From the IMG/VR virus record IMGVR_UViG_3300040807_003058: a DNA stretch of 64,000 nt. One strand, written 5' to 3'. Shown here piece by piece: positions 8,780 to 19,917 of the stretch. Below the pieces are notes generated by a model. It did not search any database and was not told the DNA's origin. It worked only from the letters and a program-made list of their open reading frames with translations. How positions within the stretch are numbered: position 1 is the first letter of the stretch; every line of letters starts with the position of its first letter. The stretch comes from an uncultured virus (IMG/VR IMGVR_UViG_3300040807_003058). Its lineage: Duplodnaviria > Heunggongvirae > Uroviricota > Caudoviricetes. The position numbers and the translations under genes are program-made.

Positions 8780-9454
8780 ATGGCACGACGCTCTCGCTGG
8801 GCTGGGGATAACGTCACGCAGTGCCTGCATCAGCGGCACGTAACGCTGATGCTGTCGTTGGTAGTTGATTACTGGAACGACTACTGGGAACTACCGCCAC
8901 ACACCATCCCCTCCCCCGGCGGGCAGGCGGTGTCGAAAAGAGAGCGGGCAGCCCAGCTACACAATAGCCCCTACCATCGGCGGGGTTCCTGGCTCATCAG
9001 TACCAAGGGCATCTCCCCCGCTACGTGTTCAGACCCTGATTGGTACTTGCTGTACAGGATCATCGACGAGGCCTACCGGGACTTCTCCCGAGGCGTATTG
9101 TCGCAGTCACCGGAAGAGCACAGGAACGCCCTCAACGCCTACTGGTGGGTATTCGGGCTTCCTTGGCCGCTGCCGGCCGGAGTATCGCCGTACGAGGTAC
9201 GCCGACGGGTGCACCAAGCCCCCGAAGAAGTGGATCCTTTCGAGTACTTCGGACTTCCGGTAGAGACACTGTTCCGCGGGTGTAGCCCTGCGAGGATGCA
9301 CGAGCACGTAGATCCCATGGATCGTCAGCTCATCCACGACACCTCCTTCGAGGAGATGTGCCTGGCGTTGGATCTGGACCCAATGGGCAGCAGAAAGATG
9401 CTGGCGGTGTCCCCGCCACCATCAATGACCACGAGGAACTCGGAGAATGGCTGA
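8780..9454 (+). CDS. hypothetical protein
   Basis: 224-aa ORF filling the gap and overlapping the next start. Confidence 0.5.
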   Translation: MARRSRWAGDNVTQCLHQRHVTLMLSLVVDYWNDYWELPPHTIPSPGGQAVSKRERAAQLHNSPYHRRGSWLISTKGISPATCSDPDWYLLYRIIDEAYRDFSRGVLSQSPEEHRNALNAYWWVFGLPWPLPAGVSPYEVRRRVHQAPEEVDPFEYFGLPVETLFRGCSPARMHEHVDPMDRQLIHDTSFEEMCLALDLDPMGSRKMLAVSPPPSMTTRNSENG

Positions 9455-12400
9455 CGTACTGGACAGAGTGCTTCGCCGTGCCATCGAGTACGTAGATGAA
9501 CGCACTTCGACGTGGTCCGGCGGCACGGAGGAGATCCTCTCTGCCATCGGAGACCGCATCACCGACTTCGGTGGGGTGGACGCAGCGGTGTCTTCCGAGC
9601 TCGGCGCCCTGTGTGCCCGCGCTGCTGTGGATATCGATACGTTCTACGACGCGGTGTACGCACTGGCCCAGAGAGTTCGCGCCGAGCTCAACGAGATGTA
9701 CACCGACGTCGACGAGCTCATGGAGTCCGACAACGGCATTATCAACTGGTACCCCGCCAGCCGGCAGGCTGGCGAGAACCCTACGGTATCGGAGCTCGAG
9801 GCGTTGCTGGCTGCAGTACGTCGGGGGCGCTGGGCGAAGTCCGTTGCTACCGAGGTCGTGAGTGAGGAGATCCTTGCAGCAGCGCAGGCAGCAGCCGCGC
9901 AGCTCGCCGCGTACTACGGACAGGACGACACCGTTGCTGTGCTTCCCACGGCGCAGGAGATCGCGACGCTTCTCGACACCCTCGAGGGTGCGGACGATCT
10001 CCGGCTAAACCTCTCTGGACGGGAGTCGGACTTCGCTGCAACGGTGTTCGCCGCACCGGTTATCTACAACCTGCTGAACACGGCCGATCTCGAGATCACC
10101 GGGCTGATCGAGCGCATCAGCCTCGGGGAAGATGTAGAGGGCGTAGGGGCCGAGGCACTGGCCGCCGCGTACCTGCTGGCCAACATCCTGCTGGAGGTGC
10201 TGCGACCTACGCAGCCCTTTGGCGACGTGCTGTCCTACTCCGCAGAGCTCAGGGCGAGCGACAGCATCCGCGTCATCCCCGTAACCCTCACCCCGTTGGT
10301 GCAGGATGTACGTGGTAAGCGCGCAACCGCCGGGACCCTCACGGACGGGGTTCTGTCTCTGACGGGCGATGTACACACCGACACATGGTTCAGGCAGGAG
10401 CTGCTGGAGCCCACGGCAGTGCATCGGTGGTTCCGTCTGGGCGTGGCTACCGGGCAGCGCCAGGTCGTTGCGGAAGGTACGGCCGTACCCGTTCTACCCA
10501 CAGAAGTTGCCGGTATTACATCATTTGTCGTGACCCCGTTGACGGACGCCAGCGGCTACATCGATGTGGATGACGCCAGCGTGTTCACCTCCGGAGGTGC
10601 GTACGACGAGACCTGGTTGCGAGTAGGTACGGAGACCGACGGGTATCTGATGAAGACCCTGGGGTTCACCTCCACCGGGGTCGTAGAGCGCATCACCATC
10701 GATAAGACCTACGACGCCATCTCCCTGGCCACAGGCGCCGTAGCTACCTGGGCGGCGGTGGATGCTGCGATCACCGGGTTCGCCATCACCCCAACGTGGC
10801 ACACCACCCAGCTACTGGCGGACTACGCCGTGGCTGCTGCTGGGGTGATTACCCCCAGGCTGTCTTTGCAGCTGTCCGGCCTCGCGGCCACGAACTGGCC
10901 GGCATCCTGGGACCCGCCGAGCACCGGCCAATTCGCAGTGGGCGCCCTGGGGTTTGGTGCTTCTGGGTCTCCGGCTGAGTATTTCGGTATCGACCTCGCC
11001 ACGACCTGGCCGTCGGCCGACATCCTCGACGACTGGCGGTATGTCGATACGTACTTTACGTTCGACTACCTGCTGGAGGAGGATGACGCGTCCACCACGT
11101 GGTTTACGGTGGAGCGTCCGGCTGTGTACACCACGGACGCCTGGGCGGCACTGGCGGCTGCGCTCCCCGGACTGACTGTACGGCTTGGGGGAACTACCAC
11201 CAGGGTAATCACTGCCCGGGTGGTCGAGGCGGGGGAATTCACCCTGTCGGCCATCCCCGTAGGTACGCTTCTGCTCGAGCTTGAGGATCCCTTAGACCGT
11301 ACATCAGGCGCGGACCGGTGGTTGGACATCCTGTCGGACTCCGCGGAGAACTCGCTCACCTCTCCCAAGAGGTATGAGTTCACGTCCAGCGTGTGGGAGC
11401 TGGACGTTGTTCCCGGAGATACGATCGCGGACTCCGCAGGAACTACCGCCGGCGTGTTCAGCACCTACGGACGAGAGGCCGTTCTATCGGGGGCGGTCAC
11501 GGGGCCGTGCGCCAGGTACAGGTACATCCGCCCGGGAGATGTCGTCCTGTGCCTGGAGGACACCAGTTACTCCTGGCGGGTGGACTCATTGACTCAGGCG
11601 GGGCCGGTGTTGTCCCCCGTAGGCACCACCCCCACCACCGGCCTGACGGGAACCTTCCTGTTCGCGCCGCCCGGTGGAACGCAGACCAGCAGGTTCCTGG
11701 TGCGAGAAGGCGGCACCAAGCTCGACCTCTTCTCTCTGGAAGATAGAATCCAACGCGCTGTTCTGGACTCGGGGTACTCCGGGGAGTACCCGTCCGTGGA
11801 GTACTACCTGCAGGTTCGAGGCAGAACCCTCGCTGCCCAGAGGGTAGATGACAACGAGCTGCTGGTACCTGAGCTACGGACGTTGTGGAGCTCGTCCGAC
11901 ATCGAAGCCCGCCTCGTCGCGCGTACGTCACGGGACGGCCGAAGGGGCACGTTGACCACCTCCATCGGACCTGCGGCCGACCGTGCGGCATCTGCTGCAC
12001 TGATCACCGACCTGGTGACGGACAACCGCACCCGGTTCCTGGGGGGGACTGTCCCCGCGGCCCCGGGTACCGAGACGGTGGAGGTGGCTACTCCCGTCCG
12101 CTTGACGCAGCAGGGGCCCATCCACCGTGGGGGCCACCCGCTGTACGGCCGATGGGCCTACTGCAAGTACCTGCTGGACACGGCCCCCGGTTACGACCTC
12201 GAGCGTACCCGGGCGGACATCCAGCGTGCCTTTGCGGACCTTGGCACCACCGGCCTGGCCGCAGTCTCTACGATCTACACCGGCTCCTTTACCCCGACCG
12301 AGACGAAGTTCGGCACGCTGGTACTGGGCCCTGCGTTCACCGGCCTTGCAGATACCCTGTTGTGGATGGACGTCGTAACCGGCGCTGTCGGAGAATCTCC

Positions 12401-12809
12401 CACTACTCGCCCCCGGATTGTGCGGACAGAAGAGACTGCAACGGCCGGTACTTACGAGGTATACCTAAACCGACACATCAACCTGCCGCTGGACGTAGCC
12501 TATCCCACCACCGAGATCCGGGGGACTACCATCACCTCCGCCATGCGGGAGCTCGGGCTCGTACGCACGTCGTTGCTGCAGTCTCGGGATGCGTGCGACG
12601 TACTACGCCCACCTTCCCGCAGAACAGTGTCGACCAGCTCCGAGAGACTGACCGCCGCGGGATTCCCGGAGGTTGCTGAGCTGGTAGCCAACTGTGAGTT
12701 CAGTCGGTGGCCGGATCCGTCCGAGTATGGCATCTCCGCAGAAGATCTGGCAGAGGAGGTCGCTGCGCTGCTAGAACTTCTGGGTGACCGCACGGATACG
12801 CCGCTATGA
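9447..12809 (+). CDS. large putative structural (tail/baseplate) protein
   Basis: 1120 aa, Thr/Gly/Ala-rich beta-like core, upstream of the baseplate genes. Confidence 0.55.
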   Translation: MADVLDRVLRRAIEYVDERTSTWSGGTEEILSAIGDRITDFGGVDAAVSSELGALCARAAVDIDTFYDAVYALAQRVRAELNEMYTDVDELMESDNGIINWYPASRQAGENPTVSELEALLAAVRRGRWAKSVATEVVSEEILAAAQAAAAQLAAYYGQDDTVAVLPTAQEIATLLDTLEGADDLRLNLSGRESDFAATVFAAPVIYNLLNTADLEITGLIERISLGEDVEGVGAEALAAAYLLANILLEVLRPTQPFGDVLSYSAELRASDSIRVIPVTLTPLVQDVRGKRATAGTLTDGVLSLTGDVHTDTWFRQELLEPTAVHRWFRLGVATGQRQVVAEGTAVPVLPTEVAGITSFVVTPLTDASGYIDVDDASVFTSGGAYDETWLRVGTETDGYLMKTLGFTSTGVVERITIDKTYDAISLATGAVATWAAVDAAITGFAITPTWHTTQLLADYAVAAAGVITPRLSLQLSGLAATNWPASWDPPSTGQFAVGALGFGASGSPAEYFGIDLATTWPSADILDDWRYVDTYFTFDYLLEEDDASTTWFTVERPAVYTTDAWAALAAALPGLTVRLGGTTTRVITARVVEAGEFTLSAIPVGTLLLELEDPLDRTSGADRWLDILSDSAENSLTSPKRYEFTSSVWELDVVPGDTIADSAGTTAGVFSTYGREAVLSGAVTGPCARYRYIRPGDVVLCLEDTSYSWRVDSLTQAGPVLSPVGTTPTTGLTGTFLFAPPGGTQTSRFLVREGGTKLDLFSLEDRIQRAVLDSGYSGEYPSVEYYLQVRGRTLAAQRVDDNELLVPELRTLWSSSDIEARLVARTSRDGRRGTLTTSIGPAADRAASAALITDLVTDNRTRFLGGTVPAAPGTETVEVATPVRLTQQGPIHRGGHPLYGRWAYCKYLLDTAPGYDLERTRADIQRAFADLGTTGLAAVSTIYTGSFTPTETKFGTLVLGPAFTGLADTLLWMDVVTGAVGESPTTRPRIVRTEETATAGTYEVYLNRHINLPLDVAYPTTEIRGTTITSAMRELGLVRTSLLQSRDACDVLRPPSRRTVSTSSERLTAAGFPEVAELVANCEFSRWPDPSEYGISAEDLAEEVAALLELLGDRTDTPL

Positions 12810-13120
12810 CCAGCCCCGCCAACAGCCGACTGTTTCTGCAACGTAGGATGGCACAGGCCCTGGGGTTCCTAGAGGAGCAGCGGTCGTACGTACGGAAGTG
12901 GAACGTGACGCTCGAGCTCGCACGTAAGGCCGAACTTGCCCGACTCACCAGCCGGACAGCACACGGGCTGGCGCTCACACCAGTGGCCAGGAAGTTTGAG
13001 GGCCGTACCGACTCGCTCGAGCTGCTGGATGACCTGCTGGACTCCGCCGAGTCTGCGATCGAGGCGTTGCTGGCCAATCCGGAGAGATTCGGAGCGAAGC
13101 TGGCAGGAGAGCAGTCATGA
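12806..13120 (+). CDS. hypothetical helical protein
   Basis: ATGA overlaps on both sides. Confidence 0.6.
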   Translation: MTSPANSRLFLQRRMAQALGFLEEQRSYVRKWNVTLELARKAELARLTSRTAHGLALTPVARKFEGRTDSLELLDDLLDSAESAIEALLANPERFGAKLAGEQS

Positions 13121-13812
13121 CGGACGTCCTGGCATACAGAGCAGTAGTGCCGCTGAAGTGCGCGCTCCTGTCGGAGTACACCGAGAACGGCACTTCCTAC
13201 GCCGTTATCCGCACACCAGAGCCAGTGGTCGAAATCGACTCGGTGAAGGTCGGCCAGTATGACGCGGCAGCGGTTACACTCACCGGTCTGTACGAGGCCG
13301 TAGTGGAGCTGAGTTCCCGGCAACAGGGGACTTCTGTAGCAGGGCTGGATGTGTACGCCTTCGTGTACGTCCTCCCCGAGTCCGGGATTCGGTTCTCGCT
13401 GAACATCGGGTTTGGTAACACCACCACTCAGGCTGATGCGGTGTTGGACGCGCTCCAGCGTACGCAGCGGTTCCTACTGCGCACCCCGGGTAGCGACCCG
13501 TGGGCGCCTTCGTCCGGCGGGTTGCTGGTACTTCGGTCCATGCAGCAGGCCACGGACGCGGAGAAGCTGCGGGTGGTTGACGAGGCGTGTGACCGCTACA
13601 ACAAGACTACGTCCAGCATGCGGAGATCCCGCAGAGGGGTGTACGTTTCGCAGGTATCTGCGGAATCGGTGACCACCATCTCCTCGGCCGAGGCCCGCAA
13701 CATCCCCGGATTCTTCAGTGAGACCACCGGGCGCGTGACATACGTCCGTCTTCGTGCTGTGCTGCGCACACCGAACGGAACGATCACCGCACCCCTGTCC
13801 CTGGCGGCGTAA
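13117..13812 (+). CDS. putative baseplate wedge/sheath-initiator (gp25-like) protein
   Basis: LQRTQRFLLRTPGSDPWAPSSGG resembles the gp25-like motif; directly precedes the baseplate J-like gene. Confidence 0.5.
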   Translation: MTDVLAYRAVVPLKCALLSEYTENGTSYAVIRTPEPVVEIDSVKVGQYDAAAVTLTGLYEAVVELSSRQQGTSVAGLDVYAFVYVLPESGIRFSLNIGFGNTTTQADAVLDALQRTQRFLLRTPGSDPWAPSSGGLLVLRSMQQATDAEKLRVVDEACDRYNKTTSSMRRSRRGVYVSQVSAESVTTISSAEARNIPGFFSETTGRVTYVRLRAVLRTPNGTITAPLSLAA

Positions 13813-16691
13813 TGAGCATCAAGACCCTACTAGAGCAGCAGATGCTCGAGTACGACCCGGAGTTCGAGTCGGACGCCCGGTTCACCCGGCTGGTGTCCGA
13901 CGTACTCGCTGACTACATCGGCGAAGGCGTACCTGCCACGGACATCAAGGACCTCTTCCTCTCACGAGCGGAGGCGGAGGTACCGGGGATTGACGGGTCG
14001 GTACTGGCCGATCTGTTCGGTAAGGCCGTGACGCCGCTCATTCGTATGGTCCGGGCAGAGATCGGAGCCGCCCTATCCCGTCGCCGGTGGGATGACGACA
14101 CCGTACTCAGCTACGCCGACCTGAAGGAGTCTCGAGACGCCTTCTTCGTGCCGCCGCTACTGGGGACGTACTCCTCGGGGTTCATCCGGGCGTACTTCCC
14201 CAGCCCCCGTACGCTGACGCTCACTACCAACACCATTATCTCCGTCCCCGGGGAGACGCAGACGCTGACCTACCGACCGTCGCAGAACCTCACGTACACC
14301 GCGGCGGGGATGTCCGGCAACCTCGAGGGCGGGCGGTACTACATCGACGTGGAGGTAGTCGCTACCGCCACCGGGCCTGACTACGCGTTGTCTCCTGGCG
14401 ACGGTGCCGGCGCAACCGGTGTGCCTGGAGCTACGCGGCTGTCGGTGAAGCGGGCGTTCACCTCCGCCACAGCAGCGGACGACGCCACGACCCTGTCTGC
14501 TCGCATTCGGAACTCTCTGGCCCTCCGAACGCTGGCTACTACCGCCGGCGCGGCGTATGTGCTACCCTCCCTCGGGTACACCGACTTCTACATCGCGGAT
14601 GGTGGCGATGAGCTCATGCTCCGAGACAGGTTGTACGGAGTGGATGAAGTGTCCGGAATTCCGGGCGGGCCGATCATCCACGACGTAACGCCCGCGCCGA
14701 CCTACGTCTCGATGGGCGTAGCGTTCGACGTGTGGGTTCCTCCGAAGTCCGACACGCTGGCGACCTACCGACTGGCGAACATCACACATGAGGGACTGGA
14801 GGTAGTCACCGGCCTCGGCGGGTATCTGCAGGAGGTCCTCGGCGTGTACTACTTCCTGGGGGACGCGGACTTCGCCGCCCCGAGGATTCCGGACACGTCG
14901 TTGTTCACCTACCCGGCGCACGACATCATGACGGCCCCGGAGCCCACGAGCCCGCCGACCGTGCGGGTTGGTGACATCCTGCAGGTATCCGGTCAGCTGG
15001 ATGGCACTACCGGTGTCCGGGTGGACATCCCCATTCTGGCGGTGACGTCAGACAATCGGGTGAAGATCGATGCGTTGTCCGTGTTCACCCCCGCGGAATG
15101 GGCGGCGTTGGACGGTACTTACGTACGCGCAAGGGTCATGCGTAAGGTAGTCGATACCATCAACGCCCCGGCGTATCGCCCGGTGATGGTCCCGCTGGAG
15201 CGGGCCTTCCTTACGGCGGCAGACGGTACGGAGATCTCCGTATCCGGTCTCCCGGCCCTGGCACAGCCGGGCACCCTAACGCCAGAGACCGTGTCGGGGG
15301 CGTACGTCCCGAAGACGTACAACTACCTCGATGCAGCGGACGAGCTTCCGATTGTGTCGGTAGAGCGGGCGGAGGTCGTAGATTCCCTGTCTGGGCAGGG
15401 TACCGGAGAGTACCTGTATCCGGCCTACCCGCTCTTCGCGGAGATCATGGAAGCCCGACTTGGGGACGGGCTGTCGGACGGCACGACCCCGTTCCGTGTG
15501 CGCATCCACCTGCCCGGGCCGCAGGCCAGTAGCCTAGTCTATGACTTCGGAGGTGACGGGACCAACCTGTCAGTGGCTGAGTACTCTCCGATGAAATGGC
15601 CTCCACGAGGGGCCGGCTCGGCGCAGTACGAGGTAATCGACAATGGGGAGCCCATCTCCGAGTCGGGGTACCTCCGCCTCACCGGCTTGTCGAACGACAT
15701 GCCGCTGCAGGACTCCTCGGGTAACCGGGTAGTCGGCGACACGGGGGACCGCCTGATTCAGGAAGGCGACTGGGTGTTGCTGCGTCCGTTGGTTGATTCC
15801 GGTGAATCTGGGCTCCGGGCGTACCCCATCAAGGAGGTCTCGACCACCGACACCGGCAGGATCGACCTGTACATGACCGACCTGCCCGTAGGTGAGATCG
15901 GCACCATCGATATCTACCAGGGTACCTCTCGAACCGTGCAGATGCTGCAAGGTCGCGGTCCGGAGGGAACGTACTACTTCGACGTGTTCAGTCAGCTGAT
16001 TTCCCCGCTGCCTACTCCGCTCAAGAACCAGCTACCTCCGTCGGGTACCAAGGTCGCCATCCAGCCGCAGGTGTTCGCTTCCCACGGGTACAACATCTGC
16101 AGCGTGTTGCCGGGTGAGACCCTCTCCTACACTGAGCGGCCGCACATCAGCTTCCCCACGCGATACGTAGCAGACGACACGCTGATCACGCAGAGGACGC
16201 TGGACCTCTACGGGTTCACGGGTGACACCGTCACGGACCTACAGACCGTCATCGAGTCGGATGCGAACCGACCCGTCGGGAAGTCAGGACTCGCCCGGAT
16301 GTACCCGCCGTCGTACGTGACGTGCACCTTCTACTACGAGGGTGACTTCTCTGCGGAGAACGCGGCCGACGCGGTCGTAGAGCGCATGGCAGAATCCACG
16401 GCAGAAGAGAGGTTGGAGCTCAGCGACCTACTCGACTCGCTGCGAGACCTCGGCGCAGGGTACGTGACGTCCGGCCGGATGTTCGTCATGCAAATGGATC
16501 ACCGCCGTATCTGGTCGTACGAGGCCACTCGAGGCGCTGTGAAGATCCACCGTCTCTCCAGGCCCCTGCCGCTGGCGATTACGTTGGTGAAGCTCAAGGC
16601 CCGGGAGATCGGGGAGGTCGTCGACGAGACAGATCCAGCGAACCAGGAGCAGGTCTTCGTCTACCGCTACGGGGGCTTCAATGCGGATTGA
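13812..16691 (+). CDS. baseplate J-like (gp6/gp47) wedge protein
   Basis: SSGFIRAYF, VEVVATATGPDY, FTSATAADDATTLSARIRNSL match the baseplate-J pattern. Confidence 0.65.
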   Translation: MSIKTLLEQQMLEYDPEFESDARFTRLVSDVLADYIGEGVPATDIKDLFLSRAEAEVPGIDGSVLADLFGKAVTPLIRMVRAEIGAALSRRRWDDDTVLSYADLKESRDAFFVPPLLGTYSSGFIRAYFPSPRTLTLTTNTIISVPGETQTLTYRPSQNLTYTAAGMSGNLEGGRYYIDVEVVATATGPDYALSPGDGAGATGVPGATRLSVKRAFTSATAADDATTLSARIRNSLALRTLATTAGAAYVLPSLGYTDFYIADGGDELMLRDRLYGVDEVSGIPGGPIIHDVTPAPTYVSMGVAFDVWVPPKSDTLATYRLANITHEGLEVVTGLGGYLQEVLGVYYFLGDADFAAPRIPDTSLFTYPAHDIMTAPEPTSPPTVRVGDILQVSGQLDGTTGVRVDIPILAVTSDNRVKIDALSVFTPAEWAALDGTYVRARVMRKVVDTINAPAYRPVMVPLERAFLTAADGTEISVSGLPALAQPGTLTPETVSGAYVPKTYNYLDAADELPIVSVERAEVVDSLSGQGTGEYLYPAYPLFAEIMEARLGDGLSDGTTPFRVRIHLPGPQASSLVYDFGGDGTNLSVAEYSPMKWPPRGAGSAQYEVIDNGEPISESGYLRLTGLSNDMPLQDSSGNRVVGDTGDRLIQEGDWVLLRPLVDSGESGLRAYPIKEVSTTDTGRIDLYMTDLPVGEIGTIDIYQGTSRTVQMLQGRGPEGTYYFDVFSQLISPLPTPLKNQLPPSGTKVAIQPQVFASHGYNICSVLPGETLSYTERPHISFPTRYVADDTLITQRTLDLYGFTGDTVTDLQTVIESDANRPVGKSGLARMYPPSYVTCTFYYEGDFSAENAADAVVERMAESTAEERLELSDLLDSLRDLGAGYVTSGRMFVMQMDHRRIWSYEATRGAVKIHRLSRPLPLAITLVKLKAREIGEVVDETDPANQEQVFVYRYGGFNAD

Positions 16692-17898
16692 TTTCGCGGA
16701 TGCAGCGGACTTCGTCGGGCTGGACGGGCAGAACTTTCTGCCGCAGTCGAACATCGAGGCCCACTCCTTCAACGGGGATGGAGCGTACTTCGGTCCGTAC
16801 GCCACTTTCACTGAGGACGGAGCCGGCACAACGTGGGAAGCACGAGGAAGCTGGCCGGCCAGCCCCGGCGCTATGATGCAGAAGGACACCATCGCCGTGG
16901 TGTCCTCCGAATCCTCCGGGCTGACAGGCTGGTGGGACGAGGAGTGCTTCAACCTGTTCAGCGACAGCAGCCCGTACTCCACCCCTTCTTCGGGGGAGTA
17001 CATCGTGCAGATGCTGCCGGGGGTACTCATCGCGAAGGACAACAACCGCGTGGTGTGCGTGCACTTCGACCTGGACATGACCTACAGCTTCCCGTCGGCG
17101 CTGATCGACGCGACGTACTGGGAGAGCCCGGGGGTAGAGTCCCCTGCCTGGGTCAGCGTGGGCCCGAACATCGCAGTAGCCCCCGAGGCACTGTCGGCGG
17201 GGAAGGTTGGCAACGATGAGATGCTCATCGTTGCCGGCGACCAGAGCCTCCAGATCTGGGGCCGGACTACCAGCCAGCCGTACCTGCACCCCCTCTCCAC
17301 CGACCTTACGCACCTGCTCAGCGCGTTGCCGGAGTTCAACGCCCCGAAGTTTCTGGCGGCGACTGTGTCTCCAGGGGGGAGGGTAGCCGTCACCGGAAAT
17401 GACTCCTCCGGCACTTTCTTCGCCTACACCCCTCTCCCGGTGGACCTCACGATCCCCCTATCTGGGCAGGTCCTGTTCGACTTCCTGCCGGGGAGCATGA
17501 CGTCCTACACGTGGTGCCACCCGTACTACGTCGGGGAGACGCTGTGGGTACAGTCTGAGTTCGGACTGACGGAGGTAGTCGACGCCTTCGATCCGACATC
17601 TGCCAGGGTACGGCTAGGGCTGATCGACGAGGACACGGAGTTCGGGCAGTACAACATCATCAACAACTGGGGACCGTTGGCATTTGCCGGGGCGGACCTG
17701 CAGAACATGATCCTGGTGCAGGAGATCTACACGACGTACGGCCAGGGCAGTCTGGTCTATCTTCTCAGCCTGGACTGCTCGACGATCATCCACCGTAGGA
17801 AGTACTCCGGCCTACCTTTGGGCCTGTCAGTCACCCGAACGGCAGTGCCGACATCAACCCCGGTGTTCCCCGGTACGACGCCGGACGTGCAGGACTAG
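16681..17898 (+). CDS. putative structural protein
   Basis: 405 aa, beta-rich, within the baseplate operon. Confidence 0.5.
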   Translation: MRIDFADAADFVGLDGQNFLPQSNIEAHSFNGDGAYFGPYATFTEDGAGTTWEARGSWPASPGAMMQKDTIAVVSSESSGLTGWWDEECFNLFSDSSPYSTPSSGEYIVQMLPGVLIAKDNNRVVCVHFDLDMTYSFPSALIDATYWESPGVESPAWVSVGPNIAVAPEALSAGKVGNDEMLIVAGDQSLQIWGRTTSQPYLHPLSTDLTHLLSALPEFNAPKFLAATVSPGGRVAVTGNDSSGTFFAYTPLPVDLTIPLSGQVLFDFLPGSMTSYTWCHPYYVGETLWVQSEFGLTEVVDAFDPTSARVRLGLIDEDTEFGQYNIINNWGPLAFAGADLQNMILVQEIYTTYGQGSLVYLLSLDCSTIIHRRKYSGLPLGLSVTRTAVPTSTPVFPGTTPDVQD

Positions 17899-17901
17899 CT
17901 C

Positions 17902-19917
17902 ATGCCATTCATCTTCCACGACATGGGCTCCCTGGAGTTCGTCACTACCATCCAGTCTAGCAGCCGTTACCGGCCTGTTCTGGGCCAAGAGGTGGGGGAT
18001 CCCCGGTTTTTGTGGGGGGTAGTGGGTGATGACCTGCACTTCCTCCCGGGCACCGACAAGCAGTTGGTCGAGTCCCTGTGGCGCGCGGCCCTGCAGCTCG
18101 TGTCCTCCGAGTTGGCTGACGCGGCGTACGTCGACGCCACCAAGTCCCTGCTCAGCTTCCCCACCTCTCGAGAGCGTAGGTGGTACCCGCTGGACGTGTT
18201 CCGCGATGTAGACGTCGCGAACTCTCCCGGCGAACTCACGTACAGCGTTACTCACGCCCCGGGCGCGTACGCCAACCCCACCAGCACCGGGCTTGAGCTC
18301 GGACTGCACCACGGGGGTAGTACGACGTGGGTAGGAGTGAAGACCGCCAGTAGGTTTCCGCTGGCCACGGTCCTGCGGTCACAGTGTGTGCTGACGATGG
18401 GCTCGAGTAGCCCCACCGAGCTGTGGATGGTGTACGGCTACGCGACACTGGGGGACATGCGCACGTGCCCCGCCGGCATCGCCGTATCGACCGCCGGCTC
18501 CGTCGGGACCTGGGACGGAGCGACCCTGACGACCGTCGGCACGGTGGACCCTACGCAGGAACTCACGCTCAGCATGTGGCTGGACGCGGCCAACCACGGG
18601 TACGGCTCCGGCCGCGCGGTCGTGCAGGTCACCGACGGTACGTCCACCGTACGCGCCCCGGTGGATGTGACAACCACCGGGCTGCTGGTCGACGGAGTGT
18701 ACCTAATGGCGCCAACCACCAGCCTGGTGGCCTCCGGGTTCCCGGGCGGTGCGCTGGAGATTGTAAAGGCAAAGGTCGACCAGATCAGCTTCATCGACGC
18801 TGCTATCCCTACGGATATCAAGGAGATTCCGGTTATCCGTACGGAGCCGCGTGTCGCTGCGGACTCGCTGATCGCGAGCGTGGACTACATCGTGGTCAAG
18901 TACGACGACGACATCTCCTACATCCAGTGGTTTGTGCAGCCGCCGGAGAAGGTGTGGGCGGAGTCGATGGACCTCTACTCCACACAGCTCATTGACTCCT
19001 TCGGGCAGTCAGTGGGAGTCCCGACGCTGCTGTCGCAGCTACAGGACGACCCGTACGTCCTCAACCGCATCACAGCGTTGCTGTACGGCCTGGTGACGGG
19101 CCCGACAACCGAAGCCCTACGAGTAGGGCTCAGTGGAGCCTGCGGCTGTCCTGTGGCGGTAGAGGAGGGCACAGTCGTCCGTATGCACGATAGCATCGGC
19201 CGGCCGGCGATTGTGGTACGCCAGGTTCGAGGCATCCGTACGTACTACTACAGCCCGGGTCTACGCCCGACGGTAACGCCGGGGCAGGTCGTGTCTCGTT
19301 GGCAGGCGCTGTGTACCGGCCCTCGTGTCCGGGATTGGGTCACAGCTACGAAGGCCGACATCGTCGACAAGCTCATCGCATCGGGCGTGCCGGAGATGGG
19401 GAAGTTCAGCTCGCTGTTCGTGGACATCCCCGCAGGCAGCGAAACCCTACTGACGAGCGACCCGTCGATCGTAGACGAAATCACCCGCTACCTCGAGCGA
19501 GCGCTACCCGTGTGGATGGGCACGCTCCGGGTGTTCATCACCACATTGCTGGATTTCACGGAAGACCTCTCCCCCACGGACGAGGTGTTCTTCCGAGGAC
19601 GCTTCTTCGACGCGGCACACCTGACGTACACCTACGCCGACGTAGGAACTTACGGCGCTACGGTGTATACCCATCGCGACACCTTTACCGATGCCATTGA
19701 CGCGCGGTACGGTGACCCCCGAGGGTTCGCCTATGACGGCTCTCTGGACTACGGAGAAGCTGATGAGCAGATCTTCAAGGACCAACTGCACTTCACGCTG
19801 GCCGTGGACCCCCTCGGTCCAGGGCCTCTAGTAGACACTGTCACGACCGTGTTCGGTGATCCCTACACCATCCCAGGTGGTGGTACCCCCGTCACAGTGA
19901 GCGAAGATGTCCCATAA
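17902..19917 (+). CDS. putative baseplate wedge protein
   Basis: LIDSFGQSVG...ITALLYGLVTGPTTEALRVGL and YLERALPVW resemble gp7/gpI-like wedge motifs; position in operon. Confidence 0.5.
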   Translation: MPFIFHDMGSLEFVTTIQSSSRYRPVLGQEVGDPRFLWGVVGDDLHFLPGTDKQLVESLWRAALQLVSSELADAAYVDATKSLLSFPTSRERRWYPLDVFRDVDVANSPGELTYSVTHAPGAYANPTSTGLELGLHHGGSTTWVGVKTASRFPLATVLRSQCVLTMGSSSPTELWMVYGYATLGDMRTCPAGIAVSTAGSVGTWDGATLTTVGTVDPTQELTLSMWLDAANHGYGSGRAVVQVTDGTSTVRAPVDVTTTGLLVDGVYLMAPTTSLVASGFPGGALEIVKAKVDQISFIDAAIPTDIKEIPVIRTEPRVAADSLIASVDYIVVKYDDDISYIQWFVQPPEKVWAESMDLYSTQLIDSFGQSVGVPTLLSQLQDDPYVLNRITALLYGLVTGPTTEALRVGLSGACGCPVAVEEGTVVRMHDSIGRPAIVVRQVRGIRTYYYSPGLRPTVTPGQVVSRWQALCTGPRVRDWVTATKADIVDKLIASGVPEMGKFSSLFVDIPAGSETLLTSDPSIVDEITRYLERALPVWMGTLRVFITTLLDFTEDLSPTDEVFFRGRFFDAAHLTYTYADVGTYGATVYTHRDTFTDAIDARYGDPRGFAYDGSLDYGEADEQIFKDQLHFTLAVDPLGPGPLVDTVTTVFGDPYTIPGGGTPVTVSEDVP